DNA of 64,000 bases, from assembly GCA_030747505.1 (NCBI GenBank), contig JASLKQ010000002.1:17549-81548 (forward strand), written 5' to 3'. The DNA is from Verrucomicrobiota bacterium. Lineage in GTDB: Bacteria; Verrucomicrobiota; Verrucomicrobiia; Limisphaerales; UBA1100. Both the position numbers and the translations under genes were made by a program. Numbering within the stretch: position 1 is the first letter of the stretch; every line of letters begins with the position of its first letter. Below, in pieces: positions 1 to 10,030 of the stretch. The notes under the pieces are model-generated. The model searched no databases. It was not told the DNA's origin and was given only the letters and a program-made list of their open reading frames with translations.

Positions 1-1732
1 GCATCACCTTCCGGTACACCGAACGCCGATTGGATTTTTCGGCATCCACGCTTGGGCCGCCTTCTTTCAAATCCAGTTGCCCGGCTATAGCCAGAAGACT
101 GTCGCGTACCTGCTCGGCGCTCATACGTTGCACGTTGGCTCGGGCAAACCATGTGTTCTCGGGGTCGGACTGCTCCGCAGCGCTATTGGAGTTGGCTTGC
201 CGATAGGTGGCACTGGTGACCATCAATCGGTGTAACTGTTTTAGGCTCCAGTCTTCGGAAATCAACTGTGTGGCCAGCCAGTCCAGCAATTCCGGATGCG
301 AGGGGGGTGTGCCGAGCTTGCCAAAGTCGCTGGTGTTGGCTGCCAAACCACGGCCGAAATGTTGCTGCCATAGGCGGTTGGCTAGTACACGCGCGGTGAA
401 GGGATTATCGCTCCGTGTGATCCAGTTGGCCAACGCCGTGCGCCGGCCGGTGGATTGCAGTCCGGCCGGTGGTGGAGTGATGTGCGCCTCGGCGGGGTCC
501 AGCAAGGTGAGGAAACCCGGTTGCACGAGGATATCTTTTCCTGGGATGCGCGTTACCGGTGCAATGGGGCCGGCGTCGCTCACTACAAACTTGATCTCCG
601 GCAGCGGTTCGGGCTTCTTTGACTCAAGCGGCTTCAATGCCATCCGCAGCTTTTTCCACTCCGCCTTAGTGTCGCCTTTGAGGCGCTCGGGTAATTTAGA
701 CTGTTCCAGATCGAATTGGCGGGAGGCCATTTCAGCGATCTGTCGCTCGTAGGCTGTACGATCTTCGGGATGTTTGCGGATCATCATCTTGATCTTGTCG
801 ATGAACTTGTCAAACCCTTCTCGCGTGGCGTGTTTCAGGAGTATAGGTTGCTCAATAGCCCGCACCTTGCGGCGCAAGGCGTCTGTTTCCATGAACCATT
901 TTTGTGTGGCTTCAAAATGTGCTATGCGCTCAGTCACAGTTCCCACAGGCATTGACGCGCGCGGTAGCATCGCCGCGAAGAAAGCCTGCATACGGTAGTA
1001 GTCTTTTTGCAGGATAGGATCAAACTTGTGGTCATGACAGCGCGCGCATTGCATGCCCAGACCGAGAAATACATCTGCGGTGACATTGGTCACATCGGCT
1101 AAAACCTCAGCCCATTGCGTTTCCACATCGCGCTGGTTGTGTTCATAAATCCAATGGCGCAAAAACATCGTGGCCGTCAATGCCTCACGGTTGCCCGGAT
1201 CAATCTCATCGCCGGCCAGTTGCTCGCGCACAAAACGGTCGTATGGCTTGTCAGCGTTGAAGGACTTGATGACGTAATCGCGATAGCGCCAGGCTTCAGG
1301 GCGGAAGTGGTCAGCCCGGTATCCATCAGAATCGGCGTATCGGACGAGGTCCAGCCAGAGCGACGCCTGCCGCTCGCCGTAGCGTGGGCTAGCCAACAGG
1401 CGGTCAACCAGTTTCTCGTAAGCATCCGGTGAAGGATGCTTGAGAAACGCCTCCACGTCCGCTGTTGTGGGAGGCAGGCCCGTAAGATCAAACGTCACTC
1501 GGCGAATCAGAGTGCGCCGGTTTGCGGGATTGGCCGGCGTGAGTTTTTTCGCGTTAAGTTTGCGGGCGATAAAATGATCAATCTGGTTTCTTGCCCACTT
1601 CCCTCCATTCTTGGGCACCGCATGCTGGCGCACCGGTTGAAATGCCCACCACGCCCGTTCCTTCTTCGTGAAATTCTGCGCTGAAACTGTTACCGCCCAT
1701 AGGCAAGTTAAAATGGCCCAGAAGAGTTTCAT
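1..1732 (-). CDS. DUF1549/DUF1553 (PSD1-type) domain protein, partial; the C-terminal part continues beyond the left edge of the window
   Basis: My own minus-strand translation from the ATG at 1732 gives MKLFWAILTCLWAVTVSAQ (signal peptide). It continues as an open frame to position 1 and contains LWLDLVRYADSDGY and GMQCARCHDHKFDPI, the hallmark motif of planctomycete/verrucomicrobial DUF1549/DUF1553 proteins. The ORF track omits it because it has no stop inside the window. Confidence 0.85.
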   Translation of the reverse strand, partial: MKLFWAILTCLWAVTVSAQNFTKKERAWWAFQPVRQHAVPKNGGKWARNQIDHFIARKLNAKKLTPANPANRRTLIRRVTFDLTGLPPTTADVEAFLKHPSPDAYEKLVDRLLASPRYGERQASLWLDLVRYADSDGYRADHFRPEAWRYRDYVIKSFNADKPYDRFVREQLAGDEIDPGNREALTATMFLRHWIYEHNQRDVETQWAEVLADVTNVTADVFLGLGMQCARCHDHKFDPILQKDYYRMQAFFAAMLPRASMPVGTVTERIAHFEATQKWFMETDALRRKVRAIEQPILLKHATREGFDKFIDKIKMMIRKHPEDRTAYERQIAEMASRQFDLEQSKLPERLKGDTKAEWKKLRMALKPLESKKPEPLPEIKFVVSDAGPIAPVTRIPGKDILVQPGFLTLLDPAEAHITPPPAGLQSTGRRTALANWITRSDNPFTARVLANRLWQQHFGRGLAANTSDFGKLGTPPSHPELLDWLATQLISEDWSLKQLHRLMVTSATYRQANSNSAAEQSDPENTWFARANVQRMSAEQVRDSLLAIAGQLDLKEGGPSVDAEKSNRRSVYRKVM

Positions 1733-1778
1733 TAAGCCAATATGATGCGACTTGAAACGGCATTATTCGAACAAAAAA

Positions 1779-2675
1779 TTACTGAATCGCTTTTCGTACC
1801 GCGTTTAGCAGTGATGTGTTTCCTTTCACATCCTGACCTAATTCCCAGATCATAACTCCTCCATAGCCTTGTTGGAGGGCGTAAGCTGTTTTACGCGATA
1901 TGGTTGCAGGGCCGTTGTAGTGATAACCGCCTGCTTCGTCGCTATTGGGTTTGGGGCGGTACCTCTCGATGAGTTCGTTGTAAGTAAGTGCAGTGCCTTG
2001 GCTGTTTCGGCCATAAAACGGGAGGCCTAGTATCAGTTTTGCCTTGGGCACTTTGTTCCCTTCCCATTGTTTGATGTCTTTTAGTGCTCCGGCGAAGGGA
2101 GCGTGAGGAGTTCCTTGGTCATAAGCCATGATATGAAATCGGTCGATGAAGGGAATGGTTTCGGCCTTGATATATTTACCCCAACCAGCAACCGCCACGG
2201 TGAGCCAAAGCCGATGAGGAGCGAAGGCATGCTTCAATTCTATAAGCAATTTTTGGTAATTATTTATCTCAACTTCGGTCTTGGGGTGTTCCCAGTCGAT
2301 GTCGACCCCCTGCAATTTGTGCGTGCGGACAAACGTGGTTAGGTTGCTGATGAAGGTTGCGCGTGCTGTGGGATTGGCTGTCATTGGAGCAAAACCGCCT
2401 GATAATTCCCATCCTCCAACACAAATATGGACACGGGTACGTTTCAAGTGAGCTCTGGTAGTGAGTTTTTGTAAAACGGCAGGCTTTACCCTTGAAGTAT
2501 CCAAAGATCCATTGGCCTTGGGGGATATTGAAAAGAAAATTATATCCGTTAATTTCTCGACGGACAGCGTATCAATTATACTTGTACGATAATGCGGCAA
2601 ATAGCCGGTTACAATCGGCACGGCTGCCTTTGTGCTGAGACTGCAAAGGAGATATGTAAGTGCCAGCCAACGCAT
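1779..2675 (-). CDS. Secreted glycoside hydrolase family 18 (chitinase-like) protein
   Basis: N-terminal signal peptide MRWLALTYLLCSLSTKAA. GH18 catalytic motif GVDIDWEHP (DxxDxDxE), plus IMAYD and GGVMIWELGQD. Confidence 0.8.
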   Translation of the reverse strand: MRWLALTYLLCSLSTKAAVPIVTGYLPHYRTSIIDTLSVEKLTDIIFFSISPKANGSLDTSRVKPAVLQKLTTRAHLKRTRVHICVGGWELSGGFAPMTANPTARATFISNLTTFVRTHKLQGVDIDWEHPKTEVEINNYQKLLIELKHAFAPHRLWLTVAVAGWGKYIKAETIPFIDRFHIMAYDQGTPHAPFAGALKDIKQWEGNKVPKAKLILGLPFYGRNSQGTALTYNELIERYRPKPNSDEAGGYHYNGPATISRKTAYALQQGYGGVMIWELGQDVKGNTSLLNAVRKAIQ

Positions 2676-2678
2676 CCA

Positions 2679-3098
2679 TTATTCTCCAATTATTTTAACC
2701 AAGAGGCGTTTGCGGCGGCGGCCGTCAAATTCGCCGTAAAAAATCTGTTCCCAAGGCCCGAAATGTAGATTCCCTTTGGTTATGGCTACCACTACTTCAC
2801 GGCCCATCACCTGGCGCTTGAGATGTGCATCGGCATTATCCTCTCCGGTATTGTTGTGTCGGTAATGGGTGATGGGTTCATGTGGTGCCAATTCCTCCAA
2901 CCAACGTTCGTAGTCTGCATGCAGACCGGACTCATCATCATTAATAAACACACTGGCTGTAATATGCATCGCGTTTACGAGGCACAGCCCTTCTTGGACA
3001 CTACTTTGGGTGACGAGCTCCTCCACCTGGGGTGTGATATTGATAAATGCCCTTCGGGTCGGAACATCAAACCACAGCTCTTTGGTGAGAGATCTCAC
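2679..3098 (-). CDS. yjbQ: YjbQ/UPF0047 family protein (secondary thiamine-phosphate synthase-like)
   Basis: 139 aa. Typical YjbQ features: [44 protein letters not shown]. Confidence 0.85.
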   Translation of the reverse strand: MRSLTKELWFDVPTRRAFINITPQVEELVTQSSVQEGLCLVNAMHITASVFINDDESGLHADYERWLEELAPHEPITHYRHNNTGEDNADAHLKRQVMGREVVVAITKGNLHFGPWEQIFYGEFDGRRRKRLLVKIIGE

Positions 3099-3101
3099 GG
3101 T

Positions 3102-4220
3102 TTAGGTGGATACGGCGGCCGAAATGGAATCTCCCATTTCGGTGGTGCCAACTTGTCGTGCTTGGGGGTCTTCTGCATTGAAAATATCCCCGGTACGAAG
3201 GCCCTGGGCAATGGCTGAACCGACGCCCTTATCGATGGCGTCTGCGGCTTCGTTTTCACCAAAGCTATGCCTCAGCATCATGGCCGCTGATAATATCTGG
3301 GCTATAGGATTGGCAAGGTCTTTGCCGGCAATGTCTGGGGCCGTTCCTCCGGCTGGCTCATAGAAGCCGAAAGTTTTTTCGCCATTGGTGACACCGAGGC
3401 TGGCACTGGGAAGCATGCCGAGTGAGCCGGCCAGTGCAGCGGCTTCGTCGCTAAGAATATCGCCGAACATGTTCTCGCAAAGCACCACGTCAAATTGGGT
3501 GGGTTTGAGCAGGAGCTGCATGGCTGCATTATCCACGAACATGTGCTCGACAGTTACCTTAGGATAATCGGCAGCCACTTTACTGACCACATCGCGCCAA
3601 AGTACTCCATTTTCCAGTACATTTGCTTTGTCGATGCTTGTGAGGTGTTTATGGCGCAGCTGCGCGCTCTTGAAGGCTACGCGAGCAATGCGTTCAATCT
3701 CGCTAGTGCTGTAGACCATGGTGTCAATGGCCTGGGTTTCACCATTGTCGAGAGTCTCGGTGGTTTTTGGTTGGCCAAAATACATGCCACCAGTCAACTC
3801 ACGGACCACCAGCATATCGATGCCTTCACCCTGCCTTTCGGCTTTGAGCGGGCAGGCGTGGGCAAGTTCAGTGGGTAATCTAACGGGGCGAAGGTTGGCA
3901 AAAAGACCGAACTCCTTACGAAGGGCCAGTAGTGCTGCACGCTCAGGGCGCTCCTCCTTGGGGATCGTGGGGTCGCGGTCAGGCAGGCCGACTGAGCCGA
4001 ATAAAATTGAGTCGCTGGACCGGCACAGTTTCAGTGTGTCATCCGGCAGAGCCTTGCCCGCTTCATCGATCCCTGCCCAGCCGACCGGGGCTTGAGTGAC
4101 GTCCAGTTGAAAGCCAAATTTATCCTCGGTTGCGCGTAGTACCTTTAATGCCTCGCGTATCACTTCCGGTCCAATGCCATCACCTGCCAAAGCGGCTACC
4201 TTGTATTTGCGGTTACTCAT
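3102..4220 (-). CDS. leuB: 3-isopropylmalate dehydrogenase
   Basis: Begins YKVAALAGDGIGPEV and contains LLKPTQFDVVLCENMFGDILSDEAA and GSLGMLPSASL. The length (372 aa) fits LeuB. Confidence 0.95.
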   Translation of the reverse strand: MSNRKYKVAALAGDGIGPEVIREALKVLRATEDKFGFQLDVTQAPVGWAGIDEAGKALPDDTLKLCRSSDSILFGSVGLPDRDPTIPKEERPERAALLALRKEFGLFANLRPVRLPTELAHACPLKAERQGEGIDMLVVRELTGGMYFGQPKTTETLDNGETQAIDTMVYSTSEIERIARVAFKSAQLRHKHLTSIDKANVLENGVLWRDVVSKVAADYPKVTVEHMFVDNAAMQLLLKPTQFDVVLCENMFGDILSDEAAALAGSLGMLPSASLGVTNGEKTFGFYEPAGGTAPDIAGKDLANPIAQILSAAMMLRHSFGENEAADAIDKGVGSAIAQGLRTGDIFNAEDPQARQVGTTEMGDSISAAVST

Positions 4221-4321
4221 GAGAGCGGGTCAGTTTAGGCTTCTCCATGATGCGGGTGAAGAAAAATGTGGGGATAAGAGCGGCTTGATAAGAGCGCTTA
4301 GGATGCTGATGACTAGACATA

Positions 4322-5746
4322 ATGAGTATTCGGCATCGAGTTACAACCGTTGGTTCTTTGGATTCGGCTCGAAAACTGAGTGCTCAAGGCAAAGTCCACA
4401 AGGCATGGACGCTTGCAGTTGAGGCGATTACATTACGGCCGTTTCATCCTGAAGCATATTTATTTCTCGCTGAATTAGCAGAGGGACTGAATGATTTACA
4501 GCTTGCCATAAGATGTGTAGCTGAAGCTGAAAAACTAGCCTTTAACTGGCCTAAAATCAGTGAAGCTCGCGGTCGTCTCTCGGATTGTGAGGGAAAGAGA
4601 GCAATTGCTTCGGACGCCCTAACGTGTCCCCAGGTAATGCAAGACCCGCGCTTGAGTATTTGTATGATCGTTAAAGATGAAGAGCGTTTCATTAAGCGAT
4701 CTTTGGAATCAGTCCATACAATAGCCAATCAACTTGTGGTGGTGGACACAGGGTCAAGAGACAGAACAGTTTCTTTTGCCGAGGAATGCGGGGCAGAGGT
4801 TTACGAGATTGAATGGAACAATGATTTCTCTGGGGCCAGAAATGACTCCCTTCAGTATGCCACCGGCGACTGGGTATTAATTCTGGATGCAGACGAAATT
4901 GCTGAGCCAAACAGTATCCCCGCACTGAGGGCATTTATAAATCAAACCGATTATCTGGCAGGGACCATAAGAAACACTAGTGCCGGCCCCGACCCCAAAA
5001 CCGCACCTGTTCCACGACTGTTCCGGAATGTACCAGGCGCATATTTTACCGGTCGGATTCATGAACAGGTGTTCCCGTCTCTAGAGTCCAAAGTAAGTGA
5101 ATGGGGCATGAAAGTGACTGCCTGTGATTTCGAGGTAGTCCATTATGGCTACTTAGATGACGTGAAATCTGAGAAAGGTAAAGTGCAGCGCAACCTTAAG
5201 TTGCTGGCGCAAGCGATTCAGGAATCTCCGGATGATCCTGCACTGCACATGCATTACGCCATTGATTTATCCAATGCTGGTCAACTGGACCGTGCTATTG
5301 AACAAGGGGCACGAGCTCTGGAATTATTGAATGGTTGCTCGATTTCGAGGGTTTCTCCTGACATCCGAGACCGACTCCTTAACGTGCAATGCAATCACTT
5401 GCTTGTTGCGGGGCGTTTTCAGGACTTGATCACTGTTGCAAACAGCCCGGCAGCGTTGCTATCAGGGCCGAATGCGTCCGTGCAATTTATGAATGCAATT
5501 GCTCACATGAGTTTGGGGGATGCGCACAGTGCTATTCCCCTTCTCGAATCGTGTATTGAGGGGCGAAATCAGCCCGTTGCAATTCCGCATGTGTCGGATT
5601 TGATTGGCTCCCAGCCTCATATCTTGCTTGGTAACTGCTATGCGCGTGTGGGGCAACTACACATGGCTAGGCAACAATATGAGGCGGTATTGGTAATCGA
5701 TCCGGATAATGGGGAAATATTGAGACTGCTGAAAGCCCTCGGCTAG
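4322..5746 (+). CDS. Family 2 glycosyltransferase flanked by TPR repeats
   Basis: GT2 core: SICMIVKDEERFIKRSLESV, VVVDTGSRDRT, WVLILDADE. The N- and C-terminal regions are TPR-like helical repeats. Confidence 0.75.
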   Translation: MSIRHRVTTVGSLDSARKLSAQGKVHKAWTLAVEAITLRPFHPEAYLFLAELAEGLNDLQLAIRCVAEAEKLAFNWPKISEARGRLSDCEGKRAIASDALTCPQVMQDPRLSICMIVKDEERFIKRSLESVHTIANQLVVVDTGSRDRTVSFAEECGAEVYEIEWNNDFSGARNDSLQYATGDWVLILDADEIAEPNSIPALRAFINQTDYLAGTIRNTSAGPDPKTAPVPRLFRNVPGAYFTGRIHEQVFPSLESKVSEWGMKVTACDFEVVHYGYLDDVKSEKGKVQRNLKLLAQAIQESPDDPALHMHYAIDLSNAGQLDRAIEQGARALELLNGCSISRVSPDIRDRLLNVQCNHLLVAGRFQDLITVANSPAALLSGPNASVQFMNAIAHMSLGDAHSAIPLLESCIEGRNQPVAIPHVSDLIGSQPHILLGNCYARVGQLHMARQQYEAVLVIDPDNGEILRLLKALG

Positions 5747-5820
5747 TTTTAGGGATGATGGGTTTGGACGTGAGTATAAGACGCGCTTGATTTCTACCTG
5801 CTGAGAATTAAATCTAAGGT

Positions 5821-7284
5821 ATGAGGAGGGTTTTAGTGTCTTTGATGGGAATGATGTCCCTACTGGGGCAGGCGGCGGATTTACCGAAACATCCGAAATT
5901 GCATGCGGCCATCAATGCCCATTTGTTGGATGGAACAAAAAATTATTTTGGAGCGGGTCCATTTAAGTCAGTGGCCCCATCGGAGTATAGACCGCACCTT
6001 ATTGATTTGAATGGTGATGGGATCAAGGAGGCATTAGTGCTAATGCTTGGCCGCGACTGGGGAGGGACGGGGGGTCAAACACTCTTAATTTTCCGTGGTG
6101 TTGAAAAGGGATTTCAATTTAACGGGCGTATGACCTGTGTTCGCTTTCCCATGGAAGGGTCAGTCTGTGTGATGAAATCCAAATCCAACGGGTGGCGGGA
6201 TTTGGCCGTACGTTTGCGAGGTCGTGGTGCTGGCCAAAAATACGCGCATATGAAATTTGGAGGTACGCGCTATCCTCTGAATCCAACCACTGAGCAGGAA
6301 CTAAGGGGTTGGCCTGGGTCCGACTACATTCTCATTTCCGGTGATGGCACAGCCAAGGCCTTGCCGGAACGTGGCACCTATTTCTCTGGTGTTTTGGGGA
6401 AATCCATTCGAGTTCAAGTAAGGCTTGAGCATGATAAAGGTAAGGTAACAGGGGAATATTTTTATGAGAAATACGGTACACCCATTCAACTTGCAGGGAC
6501 AGCGAGTGGCTTGCAGGTTGTGCTGAAGGAAATCATTAAAGAGCAACCTCAAGCGGAATTAAGGTTAAAGAAAGGGCCAAAGGAGTGGGTCGGTGAGTGG
6601 AAAAGCCTTGATGGAAAGAAACGCTTTCCGCTCCGCTTAAATCTCGTGGCAACCGAGCGGACGGGGGAGTATTCAGGGCTGTTTGAATCACATGTTCAAA
6701 CATGCTATCCGATTTTGAAGGGCAAGGCTGGAGATCGATTTAATGTGCTTTTGGCTAATGTTTTCAATCACAGATACCAGAAAGCGGTAGAGGAATACGG
6801 GGAGGAACTTAAATCTGGGGATGTGGCAGAGGTCGGGGAATCTATGAAACGCTGGAGTCACGAGGATTCTGCTTCGATTCGCTATTTTTCAGATGATCTA
6901 ATTAGTGTGAGGGGAAGTAATTGGCACTACACCGGAGGGGCTCATGGCAATAGCTATTGCTTCAATCTGAACTATTGGTGGAATAATAGAAAGGCCAAGG
7001 CCTTGGAATTACCCGATTTATTTGATTCCAAAAAAAATTGGCGTAGCAATGTGGGGCGTTTTATTCGCTCGGACTTGAAAAAGCAGGGAGCGTCCTGGCC
7101 TCCCAAGACTGATTCTGAAGCAGTTGAAACCACCTTCACCTTTTCACCATCTGGGGTGGTGTTTCATTATTCTCCCTACGCGGTAGGCCCCTATGCAGAG
7201 GGGTATTATCACGTGCTTGTGCCCTACTCGTTTCTTCAGCCGATTTTGGATAAAGCTGGCCCCTTGGCGCGTTGGGTAAAATAA
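5821..7284 (+). CDS. Secreted DUF3298/DUF4163-like (RsiV-type) domain protein
   Basis: Signal peptide MRRVLVSLMGMMSLLGQAA. C-terminal WHYTGGAHGN and FHYSPYAVGPYAEGYYHVLVPY are characteristic of DUF3298. Confidence 0.65.
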   Translation: MRRVLVSLMGMMSLLGQAADLPKHPKLHAAINAHLLDGTKNYFGAGPFKSVAPSEYRPHLIDLNGDGIKEALVLMLGRDWGGTGGQTLLIFRGVEKGFQFNGRMTCVRFPMEGSVCVMKSKSNGWRDLAVRLRGRGAGQKYAHMKFGGTRYPLNPTTEQELRGWPGSDYILISGDGTAKALPERGTYFSGVLGKSIRVQVRLEHDKGKVTGEYFYEKYGTPIQLAGTASGLQVVLKEIIKEQPQAELRLKKGPKEWVGEWKSLDGKKRFPLRLNLVATERTGEYSGLFESHVQTCYPILKGKAGDRFNVLLANVFNHRYQKAVEEYGEELKSGDVAEVGESMKRWSHEDSASIRYFSDDLISVRGSNWHYTGGAHGNSYCFNLNYWWNNRKAKALELPDLFDSKKNWRSNVGRFIRSDLKKQGASWPPKTDSEAVETTFTFSPSGVVFHYSPYAVGPYAEGYYHVLVPYSFLQPILDKAGPLARWVK

Positions 7285-7402
7285 GCTGGTTTTCATAGTT
7301 ATATTGTTTTGGTCTGCTTACGCGTGAAATTGCCGTTGACCCTTCCCGTCTTCCCCGCCTACCCTCCTGCCTGAACCCCTAACATTTAGAATTAACAGAC
7401 TT

Positions 7403-7840
7403 ATGAGTAATATTGTTCCTCTTATCAGTTCCGGTACCAAGGGCCCGTTGGGTGTGCTGCACCTGCCTCGTCTTTGGCAGAAAGTTTCCCTCGAAGCCGC
7501 AGGTAAAATCGCCGATGGCTATCCGGGCATTGGCGCTGGGTATGACAGCATGGTGATTGCCGGGCTTGGGCTCGATGCTGAGGCCGTGCGTAGCTATATC
7601 ACCAATGAAAAACCGACTTACACGCAGTTTGAGGCGTGGATCCAAGCGCAGGAAGGCGCGACGCTTGGGGCCGACGCCATTGGCGCTTTGAATGACTCGA
7701 TCGCTGGCTATAACCACGATGCGGACACAAAGGCGGGTATCTTGGCTGCGACTGGCCTCTCCGAAGGTCCAGATGATGCGATTAACCTGAACAATCTAGA
7801 CGATTGGCAGGAATTCCACGCTGCAGAGATTGCAGGCTAA
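7403..7840 (+). CDS. Conserved hypothetical protein (resembles DUF5069)
   Basis: 145-aa ORF with good coding character (LHLPRLWQKVSLEAAGK). A strong terminator follows it. The family assignment is from memory only. Confidence 0.5.
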   Translation: MSNIVPLISSGTKGPLGVLHLPRLWQKVSLEAAGKIADGYPGIGAGYDSMVIAGLGLDAEAVRSYITNEKPTYTQFEAWIQAQEGATLGADAIGALNDSIAGYNHDADTKAGILAATGLSEGPDDAINLNNLDDWQEFHAAEIAG

Positions 7841-7860
7841 ATCGAACTTAAAGCAAATCA

Positions 7861-7890
7861 CGCCGGCGCTCTTCGGAGCGCCGGTTTTTT
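7861..7890 (+). terminator. Rho-independent terminator
   Basis: Perfect 9-bp GC-rich stem CCGGCGCTC/GAGCGCCGG (7863-7871 and 7876-7884) with a TTCG tetraloop, followed by T6 (7885-7890). It lies between the convergent genes ending at 7840 and 7891. Confidence 0.8.
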
Positions 7891-9159
7891 CTACATCACC
7901 CGCTTTATTGCACGACCTAGACGGGAGATGCCTTCCTCGATATGCTTGATACTCGCACTGCCAAAGCTTAGGCGCATTTGATGGTTGGGCTTGCGTCTTG
8001 TGGCATCATCGCAGTAGCACAGGTTGCCTGGAACATAGAGTACCTTTTGTTTAAGGGCTTCTATGAAGAGTTTACTCCTTAAGCCGGTCTTTACTTTCTT
8101 TGGCAGATTGACCCATAGGTATAAACCCCCTTCAGGATTTTCCCATTTTACTTTTTCTGGAAAATGCTTTTTGCACGCGCGAGTCATGGCGCGTGCCTTG
8201 GATGCATATCTTTTGCGTAGCTTTTGTACATGCTCTTCGTAGCTTCCGCTTTCAACCGCGCTGCTGAGAATCTGCTGAAGGAAATTTGCCGTCCCGAAAT
8301 CGTGGTTTCCTTTCACGCGAGCAGCGGTTGTGAATAAAGGTTCAGGCAGGAAGCCGTAACCCACCCGTATGCCGGTGGCAAAAGGTTTACTGTAGGTGCT
8401 GGTATATATCACGCGGTTAGATGCATTATGAGATGATAGTGCGCTGGGGGTGTCTTTGTCGGAAAAACTCAATTCGCGGTAGGCGGCGTCTTCAATGAGA
8501 TAGATAGGGTGGCCTGCAGACTTTTCGTAGCCCTTTAATATTTTCAGGGCTGCTTCTTTTTTGGCTGCGCAAGTAGTGATCCCCGTTGGATTACTGTGAT
8601 AACTAACAAGGTAAAGAGCCTTTAACCGCGCCAGTTCGCCCGATTTTTTTAGCGTTTCCAGAGTGGTTTCCAAGGATAAAAGATCAAGCCCATCCGGCTC
8701 CATCCGGATGCCTTTACCGAGGACTCCGTGACTTTGCATGATGCCTAGGTACACGAAATAGGACGGATCTTCTACCAGTACAATATCGCCGGGATCGAAG
8801 AGAATCTCATTCAATATATAGAGCAACTGTTGGGAGCCATGTGTAATCAGAAATCGATCAGGATCATAACCTTTGGCCTGTTTGGGGCACCCATCCATTC
8901 GGTCCAGACGTTGGGCTGTAAGCTTGCGTAGGGGTTCATCCCCGTAGGTGGTGCCATACTGCAGGCGTGAAGGGCCCTTATTCCCCTTCAAAAGGTCTTT
9001 AATGATGACACGGGTTTCGGCAACCGGCAGGGAGGGGTTATCGGTGAATCCGGCGGCCAATGATATCAGCCCAGGCCGTTCCAAAGCCTCCCGCATGAGC
9101 CATGAGATAGGCGGTTCGGTGGTGCGTTTTGCCAGTTGTGAAAGTGCCCTCACTGGCAA
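7891..9159 (-). CDS. PLP-dependent aminotransferase (class I/II fold, 2-aminoadipate/MocR-like catalytic domain)
   Basis: 422 aa with SLAAGFTDNPSLP, YGTTYGDEPLR and YTSTYSKPFATGIRVGYG (PLP lysine context). Confidence 0.8.
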   Translation of the reverse strand: MPVRALSQLAKRTTEPPISWLMREALERPGLISLAAGFTDNPSLPVAETRVIIKDLLKGNKGPSRLQYGTTYGDEPLRKLTAQRLDRMDGCPKQAKGYDPDRFLITHGSQQLLYILNEILFDPGDIVLVEDPSYFVYLGIMQSHGVLGKGIRMEPDGLDLLSLETTLETLKKSGELARLKALYLVSYHSNPTGITTCAAKKEAALKILKGYEKSAGHPIYLIEDAAYRELSFSDKDTPSALSSHNASNRVIYTSTYSKPFATGIRVGYGFLPEPLFTTAARVKGNHDFGTANFLQQILSSAVESGSYEEHVQKLRKRYASKARAMTRACKKHFPEKVKWENPEGGLYLWVNLPKKVKTGLRSKLFIEALKQKVLYVPGNLCYCDDATRRKPNHQMRLSFGSASIKHIEEGISRLGRAIKRVM

Positions 9160-9244
9160 GGGAGCATGGGATAAACCCGACTGGTGTGCGAGGGAATTTC
9201 AAGACATCCTCGACGAGAGGACTTGAGCGGCGTAATTTCTTCGT

Positions 9245-10030
9245 GTGGTTATAGCGCCATTGAAAATAGCCGACCGACAATTTGCCTCGCGCCTGATTTT
9301 AGGTACGGGAAAATTTGCCTCACCTGAGCTGATGCGCGATACGCTGGAGGCCAGCGGAGCCGAGATGGTTACAGTTGCTCTGCGCCGCGCCGATCTTAGT
9401 GGTCAAAATGATCCCTTCGCCAATATTCTGGATTTCATTGATTCGGACCGATTCCTACTACTGCCCAATACGAGTGGAGCGATGAATGCGAAGGAAGCGG
9501 TGCGTCTGGCACGCTTGGCAGCAGCGGCGGGTTTGCCAAAGTGGGTGAAGCTGGAGATTCATCCTGATCCCCGCTATCTGCTACCGGATCCGGTGGAGAC
9601 GCTTACTGCAGCGGAGCAGTTGGTGAAGGAAGGTTTCACGGTTTTACCCTATATCAACGCTGATCCGGTGATCGCCAAGCGCCTTCAGGAAGTGGGTTGT
9701 GCCACGGTGATGCCTTTGGGGGCACCCATTGGAACCAATCGAGGAATTGAAACGCGAGATCAGATTCGGATTATTCTGGATCAGGCTACGGTGCCTGTAG
9801 TGGTGGATGCGGGTATTGGTGCACCCAGTCACGCGGCTGAAGCGATGGAGTTGGGGGCTGATGCAGTGCTCGTAAACACGGCCATTGCCGTGAATGATGA
9901 CCCTTGCCGCATGGCCTGTGCTTTTGCCAAGTCCGTTGAGGCCGGGCGGATGGCTTATGAAATCGGAATGGGAGAAGCGAGCGATAGCGCTCGGGCAACC
10001 AGTCCGTTAACTGCTTTTTTGGATGAGTAA
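9245..10030 (+). CDS. thiG: Thiazole synthase
   Basis: [74 protein letters not shown] start. Confidence 0.95.
   Translation: MVIAPLKIADRQFASRLILGTGKFASPELMRDTLEASGAEMVTVALRRADLSGQNDPFANILDFIDSDRFLLLPNTSGAMNAKEAVRLARLAAAAGLPKWVKLEIHPDPRYLLPDPVETLTAAEQLVKEGFTVLPYINADPVIAKRLQEVGCATVMPLGAPIGTNRGIETRDQIRIILDQATVPVVVDAGIGAPSHAAEAMELGADAVLVNTAIAVNDDPCRMACAFAKSVEAGRMAYEIGMGEASDSARATSPLTAFLDE

Noticed and set aside
183-1763. About ten short ORFs (61-181 aa) listed on both strands at the left end of the window
   Set aside because: Their translations are low-complexity or Arg/Ser/Cys-rich with no motifs. A different minus-strand frame gives a continuous, clearly homologous DUF1549/DUF1553 protein across the whole interval.
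9160-9244. Possible TPP riboswitch in the thiG leader
   Set aside because: I looked for the conserved CUGAGA and ACCUGAUCUGGAUAAUGCCAGCG-type elements and did not find them. The 85-nt spacer is also too short for the full aptamer plus an expression platform.
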